Shown here piece by piece: positions 11,431-25,200 of a DNA stretch of 64,000 nucleotides (position 1 is the first letter of the stretch; every line of letters starts with the position of its first letter). A program made the position numbers and the translations under genes. The DNA comes from Octopus bimaculoides. Lineage: Eukaryota. The DNA is taken from contig NC_068987.1 of assembly GCF_001194135.2 (NCBI RefSeq), forward strand, positions 45,953,290 through 46,017,289, in the 5' to 3' direction. Under the pieces are notes generated by a model. It had not been told where the DNA came from and ran no database searches. It saw only the letters and a program-made list of their open reading frames with translations.

Positions 11431-13229
11431 AGAATTAAAGCAAAATTTAGCTAAAATATTTGACCTTAAATATCCATCAGTTTAGACTGAGGTTAACTCC
11501 AATGAAACAGACCTATGATTAGAGGCTTTTCAGATGTGACTATACCTAACTTTTTATTTTTCAAATACAGTGTACCTAGGATTGCATAATTAAGTGTGTT
11601 ATTCTATTTCTAAGATGTTAGAGTATAATTTGAAAACAATTTGGTTGCTATCCTAAAAGAAACATATCAAGAAAAGAAAAACCCAAAGAAAAGTTTGAGA
11701 AGACTAAGAAGATTATGAAGAAGAAAAAATAGAGAAAAAACCTATAAAGAGAAAAAAGTTTAAAAAAATCTACAACTAAAACAATATTAAAAACTAATCT
11801 GCATACTGACTTAGCTGCTCATCTATCCACCCACTCTGAGAAAATATCCATAAACAGAAGGTATATAGTAATATTTAGTAATTATAGATAACATTATTTG
11901 TAATAACTACCTATAATCTTCAAGGAAGTTCCATTGCTTTTCTGCTCTTACTAAGTATTTCTGATTGCTATCTCACTATATTTTGGTTCCAACACTGAAG
12001 TACTAGCAGACTGGTCGTATTTCTTATGATGATGCAAACACTATTGCTTCATCTTCTCTCATGTTATTTATCCTTTGTGTCTGCTTCTGATTATTGCTGA
12101 GGGAGTTTTCTTAATAAAATGTTGGTCTAACAGCATTGTATAAATCAAAGATAGATTGTAATGCACCAAGTACAAACTACAATAAATTAAGTATAAACCA
12201 TAATAAACCAAAGAGAGGCCACTCATGTGTCAAAGATAGATTACAAGTCAAGGACACCCTTTTTTTCCTTGCTTGAAAACCTACTTAACAAATCTGAAGC
12301 TTTAATAATCTCAACATAATAGAAACTGTTGGTGGTTTCATGGGTCAATTTCTTGTGTCACAGTTTTACATTTGTGGAGAGAAAGAGTAAATATAAGAGG
12401 AACAGGAGAGAGAGAGAGAGTTAATATAAGAGGTGAAAATGAAAACACCTAACTAGACATGGTGGTATGCATCAGGCGAAAATGAAAAGAGGTGAAAATG
12501 AAAGACGCAAAAATGAAAACACCTAACTAGACATGGTGGTACGCGTGAGTAAAAGAATACTATACATATGCACAATGTGAGAGAGGAAGAATCATAGTGA
12601 AAGGCGAGGAGGAATAGAGGGGATTAAATGACTAAGTATTTATAGGAGGAGTTATACGAATGAAAAATTTGTATAAATTATATTTTAAGCTTATAAATAC
12701 TTTATTTTGAAAATCAAGTATTCATTCCATCATTTTGTTTCAACTACAAGAAATATGATAAAAGTTAAATTATAAGGGTAACACCCTAATATTACTGATA
12801 ATGTTCATGAATAAGTTTAATGATGACTGTTTCACTTTTAAGATCATTATCACATAGTCAAAAAATATGATAAAAATATGTGCTTGAAATAAATGAATAT
12901 ATCTAAATATGATATTCCAGGATATAATACGTGACATAAGTATGAAACTATAGATTGAATGTTGCAGACGAGGAATTAGAAGTGATGTTCTTCATTATAA
13001 TCATTAGGTTTGCAATAGTAACCTTCACTTTTTCATGTTTGCATGGATCAAATGAAGTCTATTGAGATAGATTTTTATCTGGTTGAATGCACTTCCTGTC
13101 ACCAGCCTTCTGTTTCCAACTGAAGGGATATTTTCCAATGACCAGACATGTTTTCAGAGAATATTGGGAAGGAATGACACTGCCTGTATGACAGTGACAT
13201 TCTTTGTCTGTTGTTTTTTTGTGAATTTT

Positions 13230-13281
<52 letters not shown>

Positions 13282-13991
13282 CATATATATATACATACAT
13301 ACATGCACACACACACACTCACACATACACACACACATGCACACAATGGGTCTCACAGAGATTCTGTCAACTAAATTCATTCACAAGCCATTAGTTAGCT
13401 TGGCCACCCAAGTAGGACTGAACTCAAAATCACTTCACTGCAAAGCAAATTTCTTAACCACAAAGCTTTAAAACCTTTTCCTGTGCAAATGGTGTATGAG
13501 ATTATGTCACATGTACAACCTTGATAATCTATCGCCACCACTACTACTACTACCTGCACCAGTACCACTCCTACTACTATCACAGACACCCCCACTATAC
13601 AATTCTTCAAGTATTATTCATTATTCTGGTTTGTTTCCATTGTAGTTTTGAAGTTATTGGATGTATCCTGCAGATGAATGCTGAAGTAAATTTACTTCTT
13701 CATCAATTTAATGCTACACAAACCAAATACAAGCAACCCTCATTATAACTCAGCATTTAATATGTTTCATAATCTAAAATTGGAATACAGTGAACAGTGT
13801 GTGATTGTTCTCCACATCAAAAAAATAGAAGAACATTGATATTTCTTTGGTATACAGTTAAGCCTAAGATTTACCATTCCAAAGAATGTTTTTCTGTGAA
13901 AGGAATAAAATGCCACTAGTAATGCTATCACTGATTTACTGTACCTTACTCCAGACTGGTTTCATATGGATGAGCCTGTCATACATTTTAA

Positions 13992-14150
13992 CTCTTCTGT
14001 TACAATATTCTGTTGAAATACACTGGCTTTGTTCCAGTTAATTTTGAAAATAATGAAGAATTCAATGAAAGGGCCTTGACATTTCTATGCTGATGTTTGG
14101 AACATAAATTAACACATTTTGATGAAAGTTTTAACTTGAAAGCTTGGGTC
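13992..14150. mobile_element. TTAA-type MITE fragment (family of 15975-16402 and 41270-41735)
   Basis: TTAA then CTCTTCTGTTACAATATTCTGTTGAAATACACTG...TTAATTTTGAAAATAATGAAGAATT; reverse complement matches the 41.3-41.7 kb units. Confidence 0.6.
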
Positions 14151-14232
14151 AAACAACCAAGTGCAAGCTCAGATGGGTTGATATGAAAAGAATAAATTCT
14201 TGATTCTGTGTTAGTTTCTATTAGGACATCCA

Positions 14233-14410
14233 GATTAGTCTGCCACCCTGAACTGGAAGCATCCAAATTAGTCTCGTAGAACCTACTCCATGGTGATGTA
14301 AAAAGTGCAAAATGTCATTGCACTTGTATCGGACGACCTGATTGCAGACACTGGCCTGGAATGTATCCAGGACCTTAACGTAGTAATGCTGGACCGAGAA
14401 GTGTGGTGGG
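14233..14410 (+). mobile_element. RTE/RTEX-like LINE C-terminal relic
   Basis: HPELEASKLV...PTHG and DDLIADTGLECIQDLNVVMLDREVW read across frameshifts. Confidence 0.5.
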
Positions 14411-15222
14411 TGAACATTGTTGTTGTTGCCCAGGTTGGAACCAAGACATAGTAAATAATAATTCTATAAGAGGTACAATTCTAAGAACTAACTTCTGTAT
14501 ATTTATCTCCAGAGAAAGAGAAAAAGAAAGGTCAGGAAGAGAGAGGGGAGAGGAGAACAGTAGGCAAACTACTCACCAAAATTACCTTTATTTAGGAAAA
14601 CAAATCTACTCATAAACACAATTTCTTTAACTATAATGAAAATACAGACAAAAATTTTGTGAAATGGTTGATCAAATATGCACATACACTCATAAAACCA
14701 CACACACANNNNNNNNNNNNNNNNNNNNNNNNNNNNNNNNNNNNNNNNNNNNNNNNNNNNNNNNNNNNNNNNNNNNNNNNNNNNNNNNNNNNNNNNNNNN
14801 NNNNNNNNNNNNNNNNNNNNNNNNNNNNNNNNNNNNNNNNNNNNNNNNNNNNNNNNNNNNNNNNNNNNNNNNNNNNNNNNNNNNNNNNNNNNNNNNNNNN
14901 NNNNNNNNNNNNNNNNNNNNNNNNNNNNNNNNNNNNNNNNNNNNNNNNNNNNNNNNNNNNNNNNNNNNNNNNNNNNNNNNNNNNNNNNNNNNNNNNNNNN
15001 NNNNNNNNNNNNNNNNNNNNNNNNNNNNNNNNNNNNNNNNNNNNAAATCAAATGAAATGAAGCAGAGAAAAGTGGAAATTCCTTTATTGTCATGACAGAA
15101 ATCTATCTACAAGGTGATAATCTGAAAATAAGCTAATCTCTCTGTATTTCTGTTGTAATCAATAATTAGCTATTGTCAGCTCATAGTGGTAAATCTGTGC
15201 CCATCACACACACACACACACA

Positions 15223-15278
<56 letters not shown>

Positions 15279-15974
15279 GTAACACTGAAGCACACACATT
15301 CATTTGCTTTCTGTGCTATTACATTCACGAGGTTTAACAAAAATCTATTGGGCAGGTAACAGGCAAGTTGGTAGAAGTTGTTAGCAATACTCTGATAATG
15401 ACTGCTGCTGCTGATGATGATGATGATGATTATGATGATGATAATGGCGATCATCATCATGAAAATGGTGATAATGATGAGGATGATGGCAATAAGTAAC
15501 TACAGTCAACAATTTACCAAAGTGTTGGCAACAGACAATAGTTATTTTTGTTTGTTTTGTTTTTTCCAGAGCTCTAGACTAAGATATGTTAGGTTTTTGT
15601 CTGGTCTGGTCTGGTCTGGTCTGGTATCACCTTGCATAATTTGTCATCATAGTTAATTCTATGGTTGGAAGAGATGTTTGAGAATAGTGTAATGACAAAC
15701 TTTCTTTTGAATGCAGCCATGAGGCTGTTCTTAAGCAACTAGAAACATATTCTGTTTTTGTACAGCAAGATTTGGCAAGCAACTGTGATTATTTGTACAA
15801 TAGGATTCCAAATCATGACTATATACCATGTGTGGATGATTTGAGATTTGTCTCTGAGTAGATGTTGAAGAAAATGGATAATAGTAGAAATAGTCTTGGA
15901 ACTGATGCTAATTGGGAAACCAAGTCTTTGAGAAGTTTAAATTTTAACTGCTTCAATATTTTTGCTTCAAATAT

Positions 15975-16402
15975 ATTTGAAAATATGAAGAATTTAGGAA
16001 AATAACTTTGTCCTTACAAACAGCTGGTGTTTGGAACACAGACCAACATGAAATTCTGATAGAAAGTTTTAATTCAACTCACTTTAAAACAATGAACCTT
16101 ATGAAGAAGATGATAAAGGACCAAGATATGTAGTGCATTGCTGCGCTCAAGAAGACCCAGCTATCACAACAGAATTGAGCTCCTAAAACCAAGATTCCAC
16201 ATAAAAAGCACTGGTTATGGTGGTTGGCATATAGAACGCAAGCCAAAACAGACTATGGAATCTAGTGCAACCCCTGGCCTTGCCAGTTCCTGTTAAGTGC
16301 ATGTTTGCGTGGAAGACAGACAGTAAATGTTGATGATGATGATGAGTTTGTGCAATAGAACCAATGGTGGTCTCAAGTTGGTTAGTATCAAAAGGGTCAG
16401 TG
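15975..16402. mobile_element. TTAA-type MITE interrupted by an RTE-tail repeat (about 16105-16350)
   Basis: MITE body 15975-16100 and terminus GGTTAGTATCAAAAGGGTCAG at 16380-16400, separated by a (GAT)n-tailed repeat. Confidence 0.55.
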
Positions 16403-17024
16403 AATGCAGTATCCCATCACACCTTAGAGGTCAAACAATGGAGGCATTATTATCATTTAGTTATTTTGTCCAGGATATATGGAGTAATTTCTTATGAGTA
16501 ATAAGTAATATAGGTGAAAATTTAAACTTATGGCATTTATGGTTTAATATGTAGAGATTTTCTTTTTCCTCTTGTTAAATCCATTTTAATACAATCTGAA
16601 AAAAGTTAGAGAAAAATGTAATAATGAAATCATTGTGCTTGTTTTGACTCTAACTTTTTCATGCTTGTATGAATCAGATGGAATTCATTGTGGTAGATTA
16701 GATTTTCTATGGAAAGAAGCCCTTGCTGTTGCTAACATTTACCTGTTTCTAAGCAAGGTGATATTTCCTTATGGCCAGACAGGTCTCACTGAATATGGAA
16801 ATTGAATAACACTGCTTGTATGACAGTGAGACTCGTTTACAGAAACTTTGCAATGTCAAAACAAGGATACACACAAACTCACATACACACACACACACAC
16901 AAACTCACATACACACACACACACAAACTCACATACACNNNNNNNNNNACATACACACACACACACACAAACTCACATACACACACACACACAAACTCAC
17001 ATACACACACACACACATACACTG

Positions 17025-17180
17025 AAGGGCTTCTTTCAGTTTCTTTCTACCAAATCCACTAAAAAGGCTTTGGTCGACCCTGACCTATTGTAAGACACTT
17101 ACCCAAGATGCCACTCAGCAGGATTAAATTTGAAACTATGTGGCTGAAACTTCTTAACTACACAATCATGTCTGCACCCT
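17025..17180 (-). mobile_element. CORE-like SINE head
   Basis: GGGCTTCTTTCAGTTTCTTTCTACCAAATCCAC...GACACTTACCCAAGATGCCAC. Confidence 0.6.
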
Positions 17181-17212
17181 GTCTTAAAACAGCTTACATC
17201 TCAAACACACAC

Positions 17213-17282
<70 letters not shown>

Positions 17283-18013
17283 NNNNNNNNNNNNNNNNNN
17301 NNNNNNNNNNNNNNNNNNNNNNNNNNNNNNNNNNNNNGCTGCATAATTACTTAATTAGTGCATGGCAATACAAAAAAAAAAAAAAGTAAAAAGAGAATAA
17401 AAACTAAAAGCACTGTTAAAATTGTTAAAGTACATTAATCTCATTCTATTAAACATATATCATTCTGTTCTTACAGGACACACATATCAAATTACACTTC
17501 TTTGACTAGTCACCAAAATAAGAAGAAAAAAGTGTAAAAATAAGTAAGTGTGACATCCCATTCGCTACAGAAAGTTCCCTTCGTTGTCCAAATATCCTAC
17601 GCCATCATCATCATCATTTTGTAACATACAATATTTTCCATGATCTCATATATCAAATGGATTTTTTTAATGGCTGGATGCCCTCCCTGCCATCAACCCT
17701 CATTTGTTTCTAAGTAAAGTAATATTTTCCCATGACCAGGCATGTTTTCATAGAAGATAGGAAATGAGCAATACACCTTGCAGGATGAAGATGTTCATTT
17801 GCAGCTATCATATGATGTCAAGAAACACACATTTTTATTAAAATTTAGCTGAAGCAACAAAATGGCTCAAGTGCCAAGAGTTTCAGGCATTGGAACTTAT
17901 CAAACTTATCAGCCCTTGAGTCACTCTGTTGCTTCTGCTAAATATTAATGAAAACACACATATACTCACATTTTGAGTTCTATTTTTCCTGTCTGCATCA
18001 ACACACACACACA

Positions 18014-18059
<46 letters not shown>

Positions 18060-19385
18060 NNNNNNNNNNNNNNNNNNNNNNNNNNNNNNNNNNNNNNNNN
18101 NNNNNNNNNNNNNNNNNNNNNNNNNNNNNNNNNNNNNNNNNNNNNNNNNNNNNNNNNNNNNNNNNNNNNNNNNNNNNNNNNNNNNNNNNNNNNNNNNNNN
18201 NNNNNNNNNNNNNNNNNNNNNNNNNNNNNNNNNNNNNNNNNNNNNNNNNNNNNNNNNNNNNNNNNNNNNNNNNNNNNNNNNNNNNNNNNNNNNNNNNNNN
18301 NNNNNNNNNNNNNNNNNNNNNNNNNNNNNNNNNNNNNNNNNNNNNNNNNNNNNNNNNNNNNNNNNNNNNNNNNNNNNNNNNNNNNNNNNNNNNNNNNNNN
18401 NNNNNNNNNNNNNNNNNNNNNNNNNNNNNNNNNNNNNNNNNNNNNNNNNNNNNNNNNNNNNNNNNNNNNNNNNNNNNNNNNNNNNNNNNNNNNNNNNNNN
18501 NNNNNNNNNNNNNNNNNNNNNNNNNNNNNNNNNNNNNNNNNNNNNNNNNNNNNNNNNNNNNNNNNNNNNNNNNNNNNNNNNNNNNNNNNNNNNNNNNNNN
18601 NNNNNNNNNNNNNNNNNNNNNNNNNNNNNNNNNNNNNNNNNNNNNNNNNNNNNNNNNNNNNNNNNNNNNNNNNNNNNNNNNNNNNNNNNNNNNNNNNNNN
18701 NNNNNNNNNNNNNNNNNNNNNNNNNNNNNNNNNNNNNNNNNNNNNNNNNNNNNNNNNNNNNNNNNNNNNNNNNNNNNNNNNNNNNNNNNNNNNNNNNNNN
18801 NNNNNNNNNNNNNNNNNNNNNNNNNNNNNNNNNNNNNNNNNNNNNNNNNNNNNNNNNNNNNNNNNNNNNNNNNNNNNNNNNNNNNNNNNNNNNNNNNNNN
18901 NNNNNNNNNNNNNNNNNNNNNNNNNNNNNNNNNNNNNNNNGGCTCAATTCCACTGCTTGAAGACATTTGCCCTCAAGCAGTGGAATTGAGCCTTAAGCTA
19001 CATGTTTGGAAAGCAAACTTCTTAATCACACAACCATGCTTGCACCTATTTTCTCTAATATATGAAATTCTCAGAGAACACTCAGATAATGTCAAATGAT
19101 CAACTAATCAAGCATGCCACTGTTTTAGGATTAAATGCTAATATCATAATCTCAAGCTGTACTGAAATACTGTTATAATGTAATGCCATTTGAATTTCAT
19201 GGATTATTTATGGTGGACCAGTTAGTGCACTGTAGTATCATCAAAAAGATAGTTAACACCTCTTTGGGTAGTCTCTATTTAATTTTTTTTTATATAACCA
19301 TTATGTCTGCCTCTGCTTTATTTAGACATGTTTCAAAGTACTACATATATATATTCAAAATACTCTATGCTTTTTTTTTTTACCC

Positions 19386-19601
19386 TTTTCCTTGTTTCAC
19401 TCATTAGACTGTGGCCATGTTGGGGCACCACTTTGTGGAATTTTAGTAGGACTAATCGAACCCAGTACCTATTTTCTTTTATAAGCCTGATACTAATTTT
19501 ATTGGTCCCTTTTGCTGAATAACTAAGTTATGAGGATGAAAACACACAGTGGTGGGGGACAAACGAAAACATACACACAAATACATACATACATACATAC
19601 A

Positions 19602-19637
<36 letters not shown>

Positions 19638-19765
19638 CAACAGGTGCTTTTCAGTTTCTGTCTACCGAATCCACTCACAAAGCTTTGGGTGGCTCAAGGC
19701 TATAGTAGAAGACGCTTGCCCAAGGTGTCACACAGTAGGACTGAACCTGGAACCAATTGGTTTAG
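19386..19765 (-). mobile_element. CORE-like SINE, near full length with internal (CATA)n
   Basis: Collinear with 63281-63700. Confidence 0.75.
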
Positions 19766-20302
19766 AAATATATATATTTAAATTATTCTAGTCCATTAAA
19801 AAATTATATCTACCTCTCTGTTAATCAGTCTGTCTGCCTGTTTTTCTGACTGCATAAATACATACTCAACCTGATAACTCAACACTACTATTTTCTTTCT
19901 TACCCACCACCTCCATCCTGGATATTCCCACCCACTCTTTTATAATGTGAGTAGCTATGTATCTCCTCAACAGTAAGACACATATTCTGGCCTTGCCTTT
20001 TATACTTTAACCTTTCATCTCTAAGCATAAAGCCACCTCACCTCCACTACTGTTAGTCCTGATTAGCTACATGGTGAACTCACTAGTTTTGGTGCAATTC
20101 GAAAGAAAAGAAAGCTCAAAAGCATGCAGTACACTAGTTGGTGTTAGGAAGGGCATGTAGCCTTAGAAACCACACCAGAGCAAGCAATGGAATATGATGT
20201 GGTGCTCATACTTGTCAGATCCTTTCAAATTATTCCAACCCATGCCAGTATGGAAGATGGACATTAAAAGATGTTGATGATGATGAAAGATGATCATGGT
20301 AT

Positions 20303-20333
<31 letters not shown>

Positions 20334-20583
20334 TATACACACACATGGTCACTAATGCACACATACATATAAATATGTATAGGCACAAGCATGGTTGTTT
20401 GGTTTCAAGTTCAGTCCCATTGCATGACCACTTGGACAAGTGTCTTCTGCTATAGCTTTTGGCTGACTGAAGCCTTTTGATTGAATTTGGTATGTGAAAG
20501 TTCCATCATGTGTGAGAGAGCTTGTACCTCCTATAACAGATAGGAGGGAAAACACATATATATATATGTACTTACATGTGCAT

Positions 20584-20619
<36 letters not shown>

Positions 20620-21589
20620 NNNNNNNNNNNNNNNNNNNNNNNNNNNNNNNNNNNNNNNNNNNNNNNNNNNNNNNNNNNNNNNNNNNNNNNNNNNNNNNNN
20701 NNNNNNNNNNNNNNNNNNNNNNNNNNNNNNNNNNNNNNNNNNNNNNNNNNNNNNNNNNNNNNNNNNNNNNNNNNNNNNNNNNNNNNNNNNNNNNNNNNNN
20801 NNNNNNNNNNNNNNNNNNNNNNNNNNNNNNNNNNNNNNNNNNNNNNNNNNNNNNNNNNNNNNNNNNNNNNNNNNNNNNNNNNNNNNNNNNNNNNNNNNNN
20901 NNNNNNNNNNNNNNNNNNNNNNNNNNNNNNNNNNNNNNNNNNNNNNNNNNNNNNNNNNNNNNNNNNNNNNNNNNNNNNNNNNNNNNNNNNNNNNNNNNNN
21001 NNNNNNNNNNNNNNNNNNNNNNNNNNNNNNNNNNNNNNNNNNNNNNNNNNNNNNNNNNNNNNNNNNNNNNNNNNNNNNNNNNNNNNNNNNNNNNNNNNNN
21101 NNNNNNNNNNNNNNNNNNNNNNNNNNNNNNNNNNNNNNNNNNNNNNNNNNNNNNNNNNNNNNNNNNNNNNNNNNNNNNNNNNNNNNNNNNNNNNNNNNNN
21201 NNNNNNNNNNNNNNNNNNNNNNNNNNNNNNNNNNNNNNNNNNNNNNNNNNNNNNNNNNNNNNNNNNNNNNNNNNNNNNNNNNNNNNNNNNNNNNNNNNNN
21301 NNNNNNNNNNNNNNNNNNNNNNNNNNNNNNNNNNNNNNNNNNNNNNNNNNNNNNNNNNNNNNNNNNNNNAAAATGGAACAGTTTGAGGATAGAAACCAGG
21401 TGTAAACACAATACCTTATAGACATACTCTGAATGTAGTTCTATATAAATCTTTAATAATTTTTTTTATACTTAAGACCATCAGAAATGTTAAGATATCA
21501 GCCTCTACCCATGTTGTCATGCTTTGATTAAAAGGTTACAGCATAGATTAGATTACTTAGATAAGTTTCAGCCGAAGTTGACTCAGGCC

Positions 21590-22038
21590 ATGTTTAATTT
21601 AATAGCACCACCTGGAAGAGATACACAGTCAGCTCTGGGGAACCGTAGCCCATTCAAGCAGAGGGTTATTGTTTTCAGAGACATATCTGGGTGTGGGTCG
21701 TTTATCTGATATTTGTTGGGGGTAATCATCTAGGGATCGTTTGAATGCCGTGAAGTCACTTTCCTCCTTTATGTGTGACTGGCACGATGTTGAAGAGAGC
21801 AGGGCCAATTGAGGTGAAATAGTTCTGTCATAGTGTTGTGATACGACACGAACATTTCTGTAGTGGATGGATGGCACGGGGGCCAAGCCTCGGATGAATT
21901 TTAAAGATGGACAATGTTGATAGAATATTTTCCACATCATACAGATGATATAGAGTTCACAGTGGCGGTGGAGGGAGCAAAGCCTGAGCTTTTTGAGTCG
22001 ATCCCAGTAGTCAAGGCTTGTCATGTTATCCTCCACAG
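21590..22038 (-). mobile_element. CR1-clade LINE 3' coding relic
   Basis: ORF 21629-22036: LDYWDRLKKLRLCSLHRHCELYII.MWKI and FKRSLDDYPQQISDKRPTP are typical CR1 C-terminal motifs. Confidence 0.75.
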
Positions 22039-22413
22039 ACCTCCGCCAAGCAGTTCATTTTAAGATAGATATGCGAGTAAAATTACTAATAAAGAAACGA
22101 AAATAAACTTTGGAAACAGCAATGCCACCATAGGTTATGTGGAAACGATGAATATGTTTCCAAGGGAGACAATCAAAGAATGTAACATTGTTATACTTCA
22201 TGTAAAGTAAATATAACAAAGGAAAAATCCTTCAAGAATCCATAAAAATTCCCGGATCACTACCAAAATTTCATCACATGTTCCTTGTGTCATTACCAAC
22301 ATTTTCTATAAGTTTAATCATATACTGTTTCCAACTTTTTGAGTTATTTTGCACACAGATGGACAGACCAATGCCAATGAAAACATAACCTCCTTCCTTG
22401 GCGGAGGTAATAA
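22039..22413 (-). mobile_element. Helentron-associated non-autonomous element (HINE-like)
   Basis: 12-bp inverted repeats ACCTCCGCCAAG (22039-22050) / CTTGGCGGAGGT (22397-22408); minus strand starts TTATTACCTCCGCCAAGGAAGGAGGTTATGTTTTC, a form I recognise from HINE-type elements. Confidence 0.55.
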
Positions 22414-22574
22414 ATTAAGTACAGACATCAATGTAAATTGATCATTCACCAGAGGGCAGTCTCATCTTCCTGTATGGCCACAGCTCGATGACTGTGACCA
22501 ATAAAAGAATAAAAGAAAATGTTTATGATGAATTGTATACATACATACACTCTCCTCTTTCTCTCTCCCTCCGC

Positions 22575-22641
<67 letters not shown>

Positions 22642-23146
22642 GAAGTCTAGTTCTATTTTTGTATCACTTTGATATCTATTTTTATTGAATTGATGTGAAC
22701 TTGCGAATTTATCTAGTTTTGTGCTCCCGACAGTGGAAGCTACTTGTAATAAAATAAACAAAGAAAGAAACGAGAAGTCGTGACTATACCAGATACAAGA
22801 TGGAGTAGAGGAGTGACTATACACAATGCTGATAAAGAACTCATCCCAGCAACTACAGCAACAACACACAACAGTGATGGTGGTGATGATGATGAATGAT
22901 AGCGATCATGCCCATAGTGGTGAGATGATGGAAATGACGGTAATGGTAGAAATATATATGTTAATTACATATGATATTTATATATTATGTGTGTAGTGAG
23001 TGTATATGTGAGTGTATATGTGAGTGTAATAAATGTAATTTTTTACTGCAGATTACATGCAACTTATTTGTGTTCATTAATCTAAAAATTTAAATCCTTT
23101 CATTATCTCCTCCCCTTTTTTTTCTAGAATAAATGATGGTGACAAT

Positions 23147-23178
<32 letters not shown>

Positions 23179-24127
23179 CAACAATAATGATGACAGTGAT
23201 AATGTTAACAATAATGACGGTGATGGTGATGATAATGATAATGATGATAATGATGACAATGATGACGATGTTAATGATCTCGATGAAATGATGATGATGA
23301 TGACGATGATGATAATGTTAATGATGCTGATGACAGAACTGGCGCCCCCAATGATGACAGTGACGATGATGATAATGATAATAACAACAATGACTGATGA
23401 TGATGAAAAAAATGGTGATGCTACTGTCATCAACCCTGACTCTACAGCTGGCTGTCCATTTCATAACATATCCATCACCTCACTTCCTGATTCTTCAACG
23501 ATATCTCAAACTCAATTATTTTATCATCATAATCTAAAATATATTTTGAAACCTCTTCTTAACCACTTATCATTTTAGTCTGCCATTCAAATATAAAGAT
23601 AGTTTACCCATTGCATTGTAAAAAATATTAACTCACTTCTAGCATCTTACTACAATTCCATATATATTTCCAAGTATATTTACTAATTAAGTTGTCAGAG
23701 TCTGTTCCTATTGATCTGAGCAGATCGAGAGGAGCATAGCTCAGAAAAATGTCCCCAATGACAGAATAAATGAATGAAAACCTAAGATCTCAATGGCTGA
23801 AATGGCAGGAGAAACCAAAACCAGAAGGAATTGCTATGAAGGCATAGCTCAAGCAATGTGAATGATGATGACAGACAGTTGCAGTTTTATTGCCTGGCTC
23901 TGCATGTCACATTTTGCATGTGCTGTAGAGGATGTTTTTGAAACCACACAGTCCATGGTGGGGGTAATTTCCTGGCAAGTTGGGATCCACCCGAATCAAA
24001 ACCGCACACTATCAGCATTTCTTCATTGATCACTGAACAGCAACTATAGAGAGATTATTGTGGGGTGAACATTCTTACATGGTGAACTGAACAATTATAG
24101 AGAAATTGTTGTAAGGTGAACAATATG

Positions 24128-24422
24128 GGTAAAGAACCCTTTTGGTCATGAATGACTATGGGAAAGTTCTCCTCCAAGGCACAAGTTCAAGCAAGGTTGT
24201 TTTATGGAAGACCAGCAGTCACCCATGCATACCAGCCTCCCCTCTCCATGCCACTGGTGTTATCCAAGTGAAAGGTAAAGGCCAATACTGAGTGATCTGG
24301 AGCAATGTGAGATAAAGTGTCTTGCTCAAGAAGACAACACACAATCAGGCCTGGGAATCGAACTCACTGCCTCATGATTGTGAGCCTGACACTCTAACCA
24401 TTGAGCCATGTGCCTTCACAAA
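24128..24422 (-). mobile_element. tRNA-derived SINE (third family) with 12-bp target-site duplication
   Basis: Minus-strand A-box TGGCTCAATGG and B-box GAGTTCGATTCCC; TSD GTGAACAATATG at 24116-24127 and 24423-24434; same family as 46810-47130. Confidence 0.85.
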
Positions 24423-25164
24423 GTGAACAATATGATACAGGGAACCGAATAATTCTAGTAGAGTAGTTGCTTGATGATAAACATTCTTACATGAGTGGTT
24501 GTTGTAGGGTGAACGTTCTTACATAGTGAACTGAACAGCTACGTTATAGAGAACTAGTGAATTAAATACTTGATTCAAAGTGAACAGACCAATTGTTTTA
24601 GTAAACCGAACAGTTAAATATTCCACTGATAAGTTAATGTCAATTCATAAACTGACATTAAATTTTCTGCCTTCTAATTTGATTTTTCATATTCTACTTC
24701 TCCATAAATTTGCTGTGTGACATTGTAACTGCATCATGGTCAATCCATTGCCACCACCACCACCGCACCGACATTATTATCACTATAACTGCTGCTTGTA
24801 CCACAGTAATAGTAACAACAACAACAGCAGCACCACCACCACCATCACTGCCACCACCACTACCACCATCACCCCTACCACCATTGCCACTGTTATTACA
24901 ACAGTTCATTTCTCATACGTCTAAGAAGATTAGAAGTGATTAGGGCTAGCATATTTGGCTGACTTCTAAAGCTATTGCCTCACATTTAATTCTCCTTGCC
25001 TGCCTCTTCTCATTATCAAACCAATTTACTGATATCTATACTCTTACATACAACTGGTAAAAACTTCATCTGAAACCAACCAGTGTCAAACCTAAGAAGC
25101 TGAAAGCTATCCTGAATAAGCCTGCCCTCTCTCCCTCTCTCTCTCACACACAAACACACACACA

Positions 25165-25200
<36 letters not shown>

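Noticed and set aside
17883-21425. Long ORFs (280-430 aa) in the track here and at 33399-34110, 47734-49061, 59922-60497
   Set aside because: They consist of X from N-gaps plus dinucleotide-repeat translation (HTHT, YIYI, CVCV); not coding evidence
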